From the IMG/VR virus record IMGVR_UViG_3300020045_000874, positions 1 through 24,028 of that record: a stretch of DNA of 24,028 bases, one strand, 5' to 3'. The translations under genes and the position numbers were made by a program. Shown here piece by piece: positions 8,322 to 17,620 of this stretch. This DNA comes from a virus. Taxonomy: Duplodnaviria > Caudoviricetes. The notes beneath the pieces were generated by a model. That model did not search any database and was not told where the DNA came from. It was given only the letters and a program-made list of their open reading frames with translations. Numbering within the stretch: position 1 is the first letter of the stretch; each line of letters starts with the position of its first letter.

Positions 8322-8885
8322 TTACTTCCCAATTGCGAGCCATGACATGCCTTCTGCTGCCGATGAGCATCTAGCTATAAATCCAGTGGTAGTAATTGAT
8401 TCTGAGCCAAAGCTAGTTCCAGCCAAGTACCCGCCATCAAAAACATTTACCAAATATGTGTTGGTAGTAAATGCAATTGGAAAAGTTACTGGAACAGATG
8501 TTCCAGTTACAGTTACACCCCATTGAATAATTAACCCACTAGGAAGCTTTTGATAGCCTGATGCAGCCAGCAATGACCCAGGATTGGCAAAAGCAGTAGT
8601 AGCCACTTTTGTGCTGCTATTATTTGTCGCCTGAGTTACCGCGTTTTCAGCCAAAACATATTGAGCAAAAACACTACTTAAAGCACTTTTTTCTTCAGTT
8701 CCTTGGCGCACCAAAAGCAAGTCAGCATCATTAATTACAGTGGCCGGTGTCAATTCTGGAAATGTAGTATCTCCAGCGCCCAACTCACTAATAATAGCAG
8801 GCTCACTAGCAGCCAGTGAAAGCAACTCTGTTTGTTTTACAAGCAAAGCGCGTAATTGCGCCTCTTCAGTCGTGGTCAAAGCCAT
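8322..8885 (-). CDS. Short tail-fibre protein with gp53-like C-terminal domain
   Basis: NSSTKVATTAF fibre repeat and GYQKLPSGLIIQWG..VTFPIAF..WLAIG. Confidence 0.8.
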   Translation of the reverse strand: MALTTTEEAQLRALLVKQTELLSLAASEPAIISELGAGDTTFPELTPATVINDADLLLVRQGTEEKSALSSVFAQYVLAENAVTQATNNSSTKVATTAFANPGSLLAASGYQKLPSGLIIQWGVTVTGTSVPVTFPIAFTTNTYLVNVFDGGYLAGTSFGSESITTTGFIARCSSAAEGMSWLAIGK

Positions 8886-9325
8886 TATAACTCTCCAAAT
8901 TGCCGGGAATACCCGACTATTTTTACATTAGTACCGCCCGAGATGGGTTGATTACCATCAATTGTACCCGTTCCCAAGGTTAATGTAGCACTTGAAATAA
9001 CCTTCAATTGTGGAGCAACTCCAGCCGTCTTATAACCAATGGCTACCAAGTATTTATTTGAGTCTGACAAGTCAAAAGCTTCAAGGCGAATCATTGCGCC
9101 TTCTGTTTTGAATAAGCCAACACCTAAATTGTCAGTAACAACATCTCGGTTAATGTGCTTGAAAACACGGTTAAAAAGCCAATTAAGCCACGACGCAGGC
9201 AATGGCTGGCCTCGATTACCGGAAGTAGCTGGAATGAATCCAGTAGCCATAATGGCGTCAGGAGGCTGATTGCTGTTTTGCTGACCGTCTGAATAGGCCA
9301 GATAAGTATCTGAGAAACTTGTCAT
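8885..9325 (-). CDS. Baseplate/tail-fibre attachment protein
   Basis: GFIP..GQPLPASWLNWLFN resembles fibre N-terminal anchors; position after the wedge genes. Confidence 0.6.
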   Translation of the reverse strand: MTSFSDTYLAYSDGQQNSNQPPDAIMATGFIPATSGNRGQPLPASWLNWLFNRVFKHINRDVVTDNLGVGLFKTEGAMIRLEAFDLSDSNKYLVAIGYKTAGVAPQLKVISSATLTLGTGTIDGNQPISGGTNVKIVGYSRQFGEL

Positions 9326-10047
9326 TGGAAAACACCTGTTAAATGGTAGCCAGAATCAAGAATTACATCGTTATTTCTAGAATGAATTCTGATTCGCTTA
9401 CCATTGATTTTAAGCCGCAAACTGTTAGCTGCAAATACACCATGAGCGATTCCTGAAAGTGTAGGCCCGTCAATAGAAACAGATGATGAATTAACTCTGA
9501 ATTTTTTACCATTCAGCTTGAAAAAGTTACCAGTTGCAGTTTTGAAAGTTGGTAAATTTGCAGACTTACTAAACCTGAAAGGCTTTTCTGTATAGCCAAC
9601 AATTACAGAAACATCAGATATACCAGCCGGTGCTAAGTCTTGAATCTGTGCTTGAATTCCAGCAGGCACATTGGGACCGTCACCAAATAACATAACCGTA
9701 GCCGGATATGCTTCTAGATACTGTTTATCGTCAGACCCAATAAGGTAATTAAGCCCCTTAATCATGGCGCTTGGCGTGCCTTCTGAGATATTGACGAACA
9801 CGCGAAACCTAATGGCCTCACGGTAAGCATCATCATCACGGCCTTGACGTGTCTCACCAACTATGTAACCGCATCCATCAAGCTGCTTTCCAATGGCGGT
9901 ATCAATCCAGCGCTCAGTTTTAACACTGTCAGACGTGGCTTGTAATGAGTCAATAGGGCCAATGATGGCCGTTAGCAATGCAAGCACATTAGGAGACTGC
10001 TCAAACTGACTAGTGATACGCGATAGCGCGTCGCTTACATAACTCAT
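9322..10047 (-). CDS. Baseplate wedge subunit (DUF2612-like)
   Basis: IDTAIGKQLDGCGYIVG..R..DDAYR..I..N.S.GT..PAG; follows baseplate J. Confidence 0.8.
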   Translation of the reverse strand: MSYVSDALSRITSQFEQSPNVLALLTAIIGPIDSLQATSDSVKTERWIDTAIGKQLDGCGYIVGETRQGRDDDAYREAIRFRVFVNISEGTPSAMIKGLNYLIGSDDKQYLEAYPATVMLFGDGPNVPAGIQAQIQDLAPAGISDVSVIVGYTEKPFRFSKSANLPTFKTATGNFFKLNGKKFRVNSSSVSIDGPTLSGIAHGVFAANSLRLKINGKRIRIHSRNNDVILDSGYHLTGVFQ

Positions 10048-11465
10048 ACACCCACCACAATCACACGATTGGTGGCAAACTCCGATATTCCTGCTCGACC
10101 AATGGAAATGTTATTAGTCGAATAAGTAGGAGTATCGCTAGGAAGCGCAGTAATAGCGGCCTCAACCGTGATCTGTCCTAGGCCCGTAGTGGATGCGTAA
10201 ATAGGCCCAAAGAAGCGCTGCGGGATGATGTCAGTGCCAACGCTTAGACTTTCTCCATAAGTCAGCACAGCATCCATTATTGAAGCCTGCACAGACCCAA
10301 TCAGAGGTTCCTCTGTGTATAGTGCATCAACCGAAACGCGAATCCAAGCGTATTGAGTAACCGGGCGCGAGAACTTTATCGTTTGAGCATCGCCGTTTTC
10401 ATCAATGATCTGGCCTGATGTCGTGCCATGAGTCTCAATACCAGCCGGTTTTAAATCCCAAATCTTATCAAGAATATCCTGAGTAGTGCCGCCACTAACT
10501 ACGGCTTCAAAACTATGCGATGGCATTGAGTCAACCACGTTTGATGTGCGATTTTCATAAATCTGCACAGCTGTAATCTCAGGAACATCAGACAGCAACC
10601 GGGCGCGAATGGCTTTTACCGTGGCGCTACCAGTGGCGCGAATGCTTTTCGAGTGGCGAGTGCGTAAATCAGCGTCAGACTCAACATCGCGACCAGTCGT
10701 TCCAGCTACCAGATTAGATACTGACTCCCATCCTAGGATTGGGCTGTCAATGACATTTAGCGCACCAGCAGGCAACGCACTAGCACCAAGCTCTACTGCT
10801 GTAAAAACAGCCGGTGAACCTAGCTTTGTGATTGTTAAATTGGCATCCAATGTCAACGGAAAATCAGAAACTTTATCAAAGCTATGCAGCCGCAAAGTTG
10901 ACCCAGTAACCGTCGCCGTGAAATTCAGCGGATTAAAATCCGATGCAAGGCCCGCAATGATCTCTTCAGCCGTTGCACTAGCATCACTAATGTATTGAGC
11001 CAAAACGCCACCGGCAATGATCTGGTAAGCCACCGAGTTAACGACTGTGCCGACTTCAATTTCAACGTCAAGCGCATTAGCCCGACTGATAACCGTGTCG
11101 GAAGTCGTGGCATATTGCACAGACCCAGCGCGAGTCATAACACCCGTAGGTAACAAGGTTGACTCACCACCATAAACGCACGCAGTAACAGTGGTTGACG
11201 TAGAGCCTAAACGCTCCAATCCAACGAACGAAACAGCGCCATCTAGGCTAGTCCCTTCAGCGCTGTACGGGTACATGCTGTCATAATTGTCTTGCAGAGT
11301 TTCATAGGCATCATCAAGAGCCGCTGAAAAGATGCCAATGATCTGACCAATGACAGCATCAGGCGAGGTATTAACCGGACCCAAAGCATCGGTAAAACGT
11401 TGGTCATAATCCGCTTTAATCTCTGTTAAGCGCGGGCGCTCAAAGCCTGTTGTATTAAGTGGCAT
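10044..11465 (-). CDS. Baseplate J / gp47-like wedge protein
   Basis: AEGTSLD, GRDVESDADLRTR, PSHSFEAVVSGG, KPAGIETHG, FSRP motifs. Confidence 0.9.
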   Translation of the reverse strand: MPLNTTGFERPRLTEIKADYDQRFTDALGPVNTSPDAVIGQIIGIFSAALDDAYETLQDNYDSMYPYSAEGTSLDGAVSFVGLERLGSTSTTVTACVYGGESTLLPTGVMTRAGSVQYATTSDTVISRANALDVEIEVGTVVNSVAYQIIAGGVLAQYISDASATAEEIIAGLASDFNPLNFTATVTGSTLRLHSFDKVSDFPLTLDANLTITKLGSPAVFTAVELGASALPAGALNVIDSPILGWESVSNLVAGTTGRDVESDADLRTRHSKSIRATGSATVKAIRARLLSDVPEITAVQIYENRTSNVVDSMPSHSFEAVVSGGTTQDILDKIWDLKPAGIETHGTTSGQIIDENGDAQTIKFSRPVTQYAWIRVSVDALYTEEPLIGSVQASIMDAVLTYGESLSVGTDIIPQRFFGPIYASTTGLGQITVEAAITALPSDTPTYSTNNISIGRAGISEFATNRVIVVGV

Positions 11466-11491
11466 TTAGTTCCTTTTGACAAAATACATTT

Positions 11492-11857
11492 TTATTTGTG
11501 AGCGCCTGGTGAGAACAGCGTAACCGTTAACTCAAGCACAGACCCAGCTCGATTCTCAAGGTACAGAGTCCCTCCTGATACACCTAGAGTCACATGAGTG
11601 ATAATCCCAGTAGTGCCAGTGAGCGCGGTGTTTACGCAGTCAAAGTTTATTGAGCCACCTAGTTTTGCTGTAGATGAAGACCTAAACCATGACATACCGT
11701 GACCATTTACGGATGACGATGAAACTAGTACGTGACCATAAGACACAGGAGGTGTCCATGAATATGCCGTGTCATTATCAATAGTTACCGTGAATGAGTA
11801 GAATCCTTGTGACTTAATGGGCAACACGGGCGATGGACTAACAAGTTCAGTTGTCAT
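11492..11857 (-). CDS. Small beta-rich tailspike-associated protein
   Basis: LTGTTG..LYLENRAG motif resembles C-terminal domains of tailspikes; AGGAG RBS lies inside the upstream gene end. Confidence 0.6.
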   Translation of the reverse strand: MTTELVSPSPVLPIKSQGFYSFTVTIDNDTAYSWTPPVSYGHVLVSSSSVNGHGMSWFRSSSTAKLGGSINFDCVNTALTGTTGIITHVTLGVSGGTLYLENRAGSVLELTVTLFSPGAHK

Positions 11858-11858
11858 A

Positions 11859-13880
11859 TTAAAAGTCTCCTAAATTGATGTTACCCATGACGCAGCTTTT
11901 TACTGATGCGTTACTTACGCCACCTGAGTTGCTATAAATATTTCCAGATACGTATAAATTTGAACTTGTTGAATATAAACCAACGCAGTTTGTAGTGCTG
12001 TCAATGTTATTACCAGTTATCTGTAAACTTTTTGCATTACGAACTGCAATACCTTGTAGTAGCGCAGTTGGCACTCCTATAATTGACACTTTTTCAAGTT
12101 TGATTATGTTTCCTGAAATCTCTCCAGAGAACTTTCCGTCAATGGTAATCATCCCGTTAGTTGTAACAACTGATCCATTATACCCAGTGAATATGTTGTT
12201 GGCGATCTGGAGTCCAGCACTCGGCACAGTAGTTGAGCACGTTATGGTTAATTTACTTGTGTTGTTAAAGCGGTTGTTAATAACTACAAGTCCCGATCGT
12301 ATTTCATCAGGATTGGAAGATGAGTCGCTATAGATGGTGTTACCTGCATTAGCGTTACCGGATAACAAATTACCATCAATCGTAATGTCTCTATAAAACG
12401 ATGATAGGTACACGCCAAACTGATTCCCAGTTAATGTGTTGCCTTTAACTAGCACGTTGCGGAAACGAGCATTTACACCATGCCTGCAACCAGAAACTGT
12501 GTTATTTGTGATTGAAATGAACTCTGCGTCAGTGTGTGTTGCAATGCCTCCATGAGACATAGGAAACCCACTGCCACTCAAATCACCGTAGTTTCCTGTT
12601 ACTGTGTTAGCGTCGACAGAAATAAAGCGACTCACTCCATAATACTTGTTAACTGCACCAGAGGATATGTGAGAAGACACAATCCCATGACGAGAATTAA
12701 TGATACGATTATTAGATATAACCCCGTTCATACTTGACGAGTAGACAATACCATAAGAGATAGAGTCCACATTGCCATTAGTCCCATGCGGGTCTTGGTA
12801 CACATCACAGTTGTCAATCATGAATCCTCGGCAACCAATCACCTCTACAGCGCGTAGGTCGATCCTTACGAACTTGCAGTTTCTAACTGTGACATTCTTG
12901 CCGTGATAAATACCAAGCCCTGTGTCACCGTCACTTACAGCGTAACGGCCCGGACCCGTGAATGTAACACCCTCAATAGTAATGTCCTCAACCGGCGTAA
13001 TCTTGCGTAAGCGCGCACCAGATGCCACTGGCAATGTATCGAATATAGGTGTATCCAAAACAAGTTTAAGCCTACTACCTGACGCTAATGATACGCTAGT
13101 GACAATGTTTAGTTGCCCAGTTTTAACTGCAATGGATGGGTCGTTAAAGCTACCCGCTGCATTCATGCTAATCTCAACTAGCGAACCTACAGTGAACGCA
13201 GACGCATCAGTTCCAGAGACATACACAATATTGTTGTCAATAGTAGCATCATCGGTTAGCAATATTTCAGCACTAGCCGAACCACGGAAAGTGAACAAAC
13301 TCGTAGATGCCGTGTTGTATGGCACTGTGCGATGAGAGAAATCAATAGTAGATCCTTGATCGCCTACGATCTTTGTCTTGGTGTACCCGACAATTGGACC
13401 GTCGCAGCGAATAATCTCACCATTTATGTGAAGAGTTCCGCCGCCGATGGTATTAAGATGGTTGAGCGCTGCTTGTAATTTTGTAGTTTCATCCGTTCCG
13501 TTTCCAAGCACCCCAAAATCCTTAACACTAACAGACTCACGCAATTTACCCTGCACCGTAGATGCAATGACTCCAGTACCAGCAGGCAAATACCCAACTA
13601 AAGATGCGCCTGAAGATGCTGACAAAGAAGCCACGGTAGCAGCAGCCTCTGTAGCGCTTAATTCAGCAGCGTCTTTGGCTGCTGTAGCATCCGCCAAAAT
13701 ACTTTCTGCACCAACATTAATCTCAACATTTTTATTTGATAAGAATTTTTGAATAGATGGAACGAATACACCTGAAGATGTGTTATATCCAATTGATTCA
13801 TTTCCATTTGCAAACCTATCAATTCTCTCATCATTTGATTGAAAGCGAATAACAGCTTGATCTAAGGGTAATTTAGCCAT
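11859..13880 (-). CDS. Tailspike 2, right-handed beta-helix (pectin-lyase-like depolymerase)
   Basis: GASLVGY..TVQGKLRESVSVKDFG..DET..LQAAL followed by many I.GN/NN beta-helix rungs. Confidence 0.85.
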   Translation of the reverse strand: MAKLPLDQAVIRFQSNDERIDRFANGNESIGYNTSSGVFVPSIQKFLSNKNVEINVGAESILADATAAKDAAELSATEAAATVASLSASSGASLVGYLPAGTGVIASTVQGKLRESVSVKDFGVLGNGTDETTKLQAALNHLNTIGGGTLHINGEIIRCDGPIVGYTKTKIVGDQGSTIDFSHRTVPYNTASTSLFTFRGSASAEILLTDDATIDNNIVYVSGTDASAFTVGSLVEISMNAAGSFNDPSIAVKTGQLNIVTSVSLASGSRLKLVLDTPIFDTLPVASGARLRKITPVEDITIEGVTFTGPGRYAVSDGDTGLGIYHGKNVTVRNCKFVRIDLRAVEVIGCRGFMIDNCDVYQDPHGTNGNVDSISYGIVYSSSMNGVISNNRIINSRHGIVSSHISSGAVNKYYGVSRFISVDANTVTGNYGDLSGSGFPMSHGGIATHTDAEFISITNNTVSGCRHGVNARFRNVLVKGNTLTGNQFGVYLSSFYRDITIDGNLLSGNANAGNTIYSDSSSNPDEIRSGLVVINNRFNNTSKLTITCSTTVPSAGLQIANNIFTGYNGSVVTTNGMITIDGKFSGEISGNIIKLEKVSIIGVPTALLQGIAVRNAKSLQITGNNIDSTTNCVGLYSTSSNLYVSGNIYSNSGGVSNASVKSCVMGNINLGDF

Positions 13881-13985
13881 TTAATATCCGTGTGATTGTG
13901 ATGTATTGTTTTTCAATGCGAGTATTTCTTTAATCCAGGCATTAAATACCGGCTTGAATACTTCTACAGCGGAAGCTGTAATCAT
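13881..13985 (-). CDS. 34-aa ORF or gene remnant ending SHGY* (not in ORF track)
   Basis: MITASAVEVFKPVFNAWIKEILALKNNTSQSHGY*. Its stop abuts the tailspike 2 ATG and its last 16 nt match the end of the 16481-16945 gene. Confidence 0.4.
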   Translation of the reverse strand: MITASAVEVFKPVFNAWIKEILALKNNTSQSHGY

Positions 13986-13998
13986 ATATATTTCGCAT

Positions 13999-16479
13999 TC
14001 AAATGCGAACGGTTATAACTTTTAATGTTCCAGAGGCAAGATCAATTGTCCCGCCACTTTCATTTTGCAGTCGTACACTTACAATATCTGCTGTACTGAC
14101 CCACGCACTAACTGTAATGCCTTGCAGCGGAAGACTAAAACTAGCTCTCGCTTCATCACCTAGACTGGCTCCAATAGCTGAAACTGTCACAGTTATTCCG
14201 GAACCGTCTGCCATTGAGGCTGGGTCAACTGTACTAGACCCACGCGCAGTGAGTCCAAGATGATTTGCACCAACACCAAAACTTCGTTGTATGCTGTACC
14301 CAGATATAGTATTGCAGTCCATAGACACCGAACTAACGGTATCAGCCAGTTTTATGCCAGTCGATGCTACAGTTCCAGATGCAGAGCTAACAGCATTTCC
14401 TGTGATACTTAGATTTGAACTATCGCCTGTAATTGAAATTCCCTCTGCCACAACAGTAGAAGGTGTTAATACGGAGTTTCCTGTTACTGCACATTTACTG
14501 GCGTCTTCAAGTCTTATTCCGATTCCTGCATTATTAAAGATTGAATTACCTACAACAGATGCGCCGTTCATGTGTTCCAAGTAAATTCCACCCACTGCGC
14601 CATCGGCCACAACATTTCCTTGCACTACGATGCAATCCTGTGTTGATCCAGTTACATCATTAAGTGCTATACCCTGAGCAAATGAGAACTTTCCTGAATC
14701 TTGCCCTGCATATCTAATGCTGTTATTTGATACTACTACCCTTCGCATCTCAAATGCTGTTCCTCTGGTTCCTTGTCCAGCTAGTATTCCAGCTCCTCCA
14801 GTTCGCTCAATTCGATTCCCTGAGATTATTGCAGTACCTACACGATCAGCCTCAGAGTGAAAGTAAATTCCATAAGATTCTGCACCAATTATGGTATTGT
14901 TTATAACTTCACAACTGGCACATTCAATATTAATACCGGATGCTGATGATCCTATGATAGTGTTGCCAAGAATTTTTATGAAATCTGCACCTCCGTGGGT
15001 ATCCACCGCATCTCCCCCTGTGTAGGCTGTTACTGTGTGAGTACCACTTCCAGTGCTAGTAATATAAACCGGATTAATAGCAGCAATTGCATCATCTACT
15101 GTAAGGTGTAAGGTAAATGTCGTAAAGTCTACTACCACTGCAAGGTAGTAATTAAATGAGGCTGATATACCTTCTGGTAAGGTTCCTGTTGTTACAAGCC
15201 TTACCAGTCTAGCTTCTGAGAATGTTACACTTGGAGCCGCAACGGTAATTGTATTTTCAACAGTACTTACTGTTAATGTGGAAGATGTAACACTGGCCCT
15301 TGCTGAATAAAGGACTGTATTAGCCGTGAAAGTTATGCGACGGACAACACCGTAATCTGCAGAGATATTGTTATTTGTACTTAGTGCGTGTCTCACATCA
15401 TCAAAACTGCACAGTGACACTATGCTATCTTGTGATGCATCAACAAATGATACTCCATACCCAAGAGAGATTGGTCGAGTGTGGGAGAACCTGCAACATG
15501 TAACCAAAGAGTTAACTGAATCTTTAATATAGATTCCACGATTATCAAATGACTCAAATGACATTCCAGTGATATTTAGCCCATCTACGTAGTCAAACCT
15601 CAAGCCCGTAGCTGAATCGCGTACTGCCGATGGACCAAGTAATTTTCCGTCTTTCACAGTAATATTACTTAGCATACTCAGTTTTGCAAACTTGGCTAAA
15701 CTTTCAATTAAATAATTTGCTGCCAGTGGGGATGATAGATATATCCTGTCAGATGGGAGACTAGTATTTAAACTGTCAGATGTTGCTATCTTGTTAATCT
15801 CTCCATACCTTGTATCAGTGTTGGCTGCATCCCATACTGTCTCACTTACAATTTTGATCCAGTCACCCCTGATAAGGCCAGTTGTTGGAGCCAGCATGTA
15901 GAAGTTACCTTCAACTCCAGAGCTTGTGAGATTTGTATATGCGCCGATAGATCCATTGAACTGCAATAAAGGTCCAGAAAATGTAGCACTGGATGCATCT
16001 ATCGTTGATCCATTAAAATCAACAGTGAGATTTGAGCATGAATATGTTCCAAGAACTCCACTCACCCTATAAATATCTGTAGGAAACCAAAGAGTAGTCG
16101 GTGTTCCGGCTGCCGCCCTTCCTGCTACGTAGGTCAATGCGGCGACTAATGATGCAGTGTCATCAATCACACCTCCGCCAACTACTCCAAAATCCAAAAC
16201 ACTTACATGCTCACGCAGTTTAGACTGAACATTTGTGGATACAGCGCCTTCGCCATTTGGCAAGTAACCCACCAAAGACGCACCACTTGGATTGAAAACA
16301 CCACTTAAATTAGCGTCAATCTCAACATTCTTATCGGCTAAAAATTTCTGAATGGAAGGCACGGAAACACCTGAGGATGACGTGTATGTATCCGAAGCAG
16401 ACCCATTGGCAAATTTTTCCATGCGTTCGTCATTAGATTGGAATCTAACAACTGCCTGATCTAGTGGTAATTTAGCCAT
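13999..16479 (-). CDS. Tailspike 1, right-handed beta-helix (pectin-lyase-like depolymerase)
   Basis: KLREHVSVLDFG..DDTA, beta-helix rungs, and a C-terminal DPASMADG..VTV..GA.LGD..V.VRLQN..DLASGTL domain. Confidence 0.85.
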   Translation of the reverse strand: MAKLPLDQAVVRFQSNDERMEKFANGSASDTYTSSSGVSVPSIQKFLADKNVEIDANLSGVFNPSGASLVGYLPNGEGAVSTNVQSKLREHVSVLDFGVVGGGVIDDTASLVAALTYVAGRAAAGTPTTLWFPTDIYRVSGVLGTYSCSNLTVDFNGSTIDASSATFSGPLLQFNGSIGAYTNLTSSGVEGNFYMLAPTTGLIRGDWIKIVSETVWDAANTDTRYGEINKIATSDSLNTSLPSDRIYLSSPLAANYLIESLAKFAKLSMLSNITVKDGKLLGPSAVRDSATGLRFDYVDGLNITGMSFESFDNRGIYIKDSVNSLVTCCRFSHTRPISLGYGVSFVDASQDSIVSLCSFDDVRHALSTNNNISADYGVVRRITFTANTVLYSARASVTSSTLTVSTVENTITVAAPSVTFSEARLVRLVTTGTLPEGISASFNYYLAVVVDFTTFTLHLTVDDAIAAINPVYITSTGSGTHTVTAYTGGDAVDTHGGADFIKILGNTIIGSSASGINIECASCEVINNTIIGAESYGIYFHSEADRVGTAIISGNRIERTGGAGILAGQGTRGTAFEMRRVVVSNNSIRYAGQDSGKFSFAQGIALNDVTGSTQDCIVVQGNVVADGAVGGIYLEHMNGASVVGNSIFNNAGIGIRLEDASKCAVTGNSVLTPSTVVAEGISITGDSSNLSITGNAVSSASGTVASTGIKLADTVSSVSMDCNTISGYSIQRSFGVGANHLGLTARGSSTVDPASMADGSGITVTVSAIGASLGDEARASFSLPLQGITVSAWVSTADIVSVRLQNESGGTIDLASGTLKVITVRI

Positions 16480-16480
16480 A

Positions 16481-16945
16481 TTAATATCCGTGTGATGGTA
16501 TTGTTATATTTGTCAAAGTATTGAGCAAATCTTCAATATACAAAAAGTCTGAAGAAACATTGGCTGAAATCAATTCATTCAATGTTTTTTGTTGTATTTT
16601 AATGATATTCAGATTTCCATACTGAGTCTGAACATCAAAATTAATCTCAATATTCCTCGACGAACGGTTGAAATCAAACGCAAAGCGCGTGATTGACTGA
16701 GCGCCGTCCACATCTAAAATAGACTTTTTCAAAGCCGCAATAGAGCCAGAAAGACTCACTTGCTTGCCTAATATATCAGACAAGTATGGCGTGCCAAACT
16801 CGGTATCCATAAACCACTCGCCAGCCCATAATTTGAGCTTAATGGCTAGGTGTTGACGAACACGTTCAGCGCCGTCCAGCATCACCAGATCGTTGTCAAT
16901 CAAAACAAGATCATGGGTTACTTTGTCTAATGCAATATCAATCAT
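16481..16945 (-). CDS. Baseplate wedge / sheath-initiator protein (gp25/gp46-like)
   Basis: MIDIALD..HDL..VRQHL..KL..W.GEWFMDTEFGTPY; follows the spike gene. Confidence 0.8.
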   Translation of the reverse strand: MIDIALDKVTHDLVLIDNDLVMLDGAERVRQHLAIKLKLWAGEWFMDTEFGTPYLSDILGKQVSLSGSIAALKKSILDVDGAQSITRFAFDFNRSSRNIEINFDVQTQYGNLNIIKIQQKTLNELISANVSSDFLYIEDLLNTLTNITIPSHGY

Positions 16946-17544
16946 TGTGGGACACCAGTATTAGATATACCCGGCTCAACACCGCCGTGTGAGTGATCTG
17001 CGAATTCAATGGACGAAATATTTGCACCACCCACTACAGTGGCGTGACCCGACAGAGTCATTTCTGGAGCCTCAATAGTTACCCCTCCAGGCGCTGTAAT
17101 AAGCAAAGCACCACCAGAGGTAAGCCTCATAGACGCAGCCCCGTAAAACACCGTTAAATCAGCGTTATTGCCACTATCACCAGCGCCAGCCGAGCCCAAG
17201 TCACATGGAATGCAATAAGAGTCTGAAATATCAAACCGGCGAGCATCATCAGTGCCGTCAACCGCTTGTTGCGCGAACACTAGCAGGCATTTATCACCGG
17301 CTTTAATCGGCCCCTTAACACCCGCTGACCCGCCACTAAAGCTAGGCCAGCAAACCCGGACGTTTTGCAGGATTGGGAACGTTAAAACATCACCATCAGC
17401 AAAGCGTCGTTTAGGAGTAGGCTGCACACTAGCGCGGCCATTGGCGTAACCAGTGATAACACCCGGCAGGCTAGTGTTAATTTCATGCAGGCGACCATCT
17501 ACCATGCTTTTAAGCGCACTGATAAAGTCGTTATTTTCTGCCAT
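16942..17544 (-). CDS. Baseplate central spike (Gp138-like)
   Basis: TSLPGVI..VQP..P.KAGDKCLLVF..RRFDISD and C-terminal HSHGGV metal-binding HxH. Start probably ATG 17544 (ORF track 17553). Confidence 0.88.
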   Translation of the reverse strand: MAENNDFISALKSMVDGRLHEINTSLPGVITGYANGRASVQPTPKRRFADGDVLTFPILQNVRVCWPSFSGGSAGVKGPIKAGDKCLLVFAQQAVDGTDDARRFDISDSYCIPCDLGSAGAGDSGNNADLTVFYGAASMRLTSGGALLITAPGGVTIEAPEMTLSGHATVVGGANISSIEFADHSHGGVEPGISNTGVPQ

Positions 17545-17551
17545 ATAACAC

Positions 17552-17611
17552 ATTTTATCCCATAAATTTATTTTGACAAAATTGAATTTTTGAGTGAAAT
17601 GGAGTTAAACT
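17552..17611. promoter_or_regulatory. Back-to-back divergent sigma70-like promoters
   Basis: Minus: TTGTCA (17579-17574), N16, TAAAAT (17557-17552). Plus: TTGAAT (17582-17587), N18, TAAACT (17606-17611). AT-rich context. Confidence 0.5.
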
Positions 17612-17620
17612 TCAATCCAA

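Larger units (their letters stand above)
13867..16496 (-). repeat. Direct repeat at both tailspike start junctions (13867-13896 and 16466-16496)
   Basis: Minus strand ATCACACGGATATTAA(T)ATGGCTAAATTACC occurs twice, about 2.6 kb apart, and continues into homologous N-termini. Confidence 0.9.

Noticed and set aside
8322-16479. Diversity-generating retroelement or invertible fibre switch
   Set aside because: No reverse transcriptase, invertase, inverted crossover sites or adenine-specific repeat pair seen in the window.
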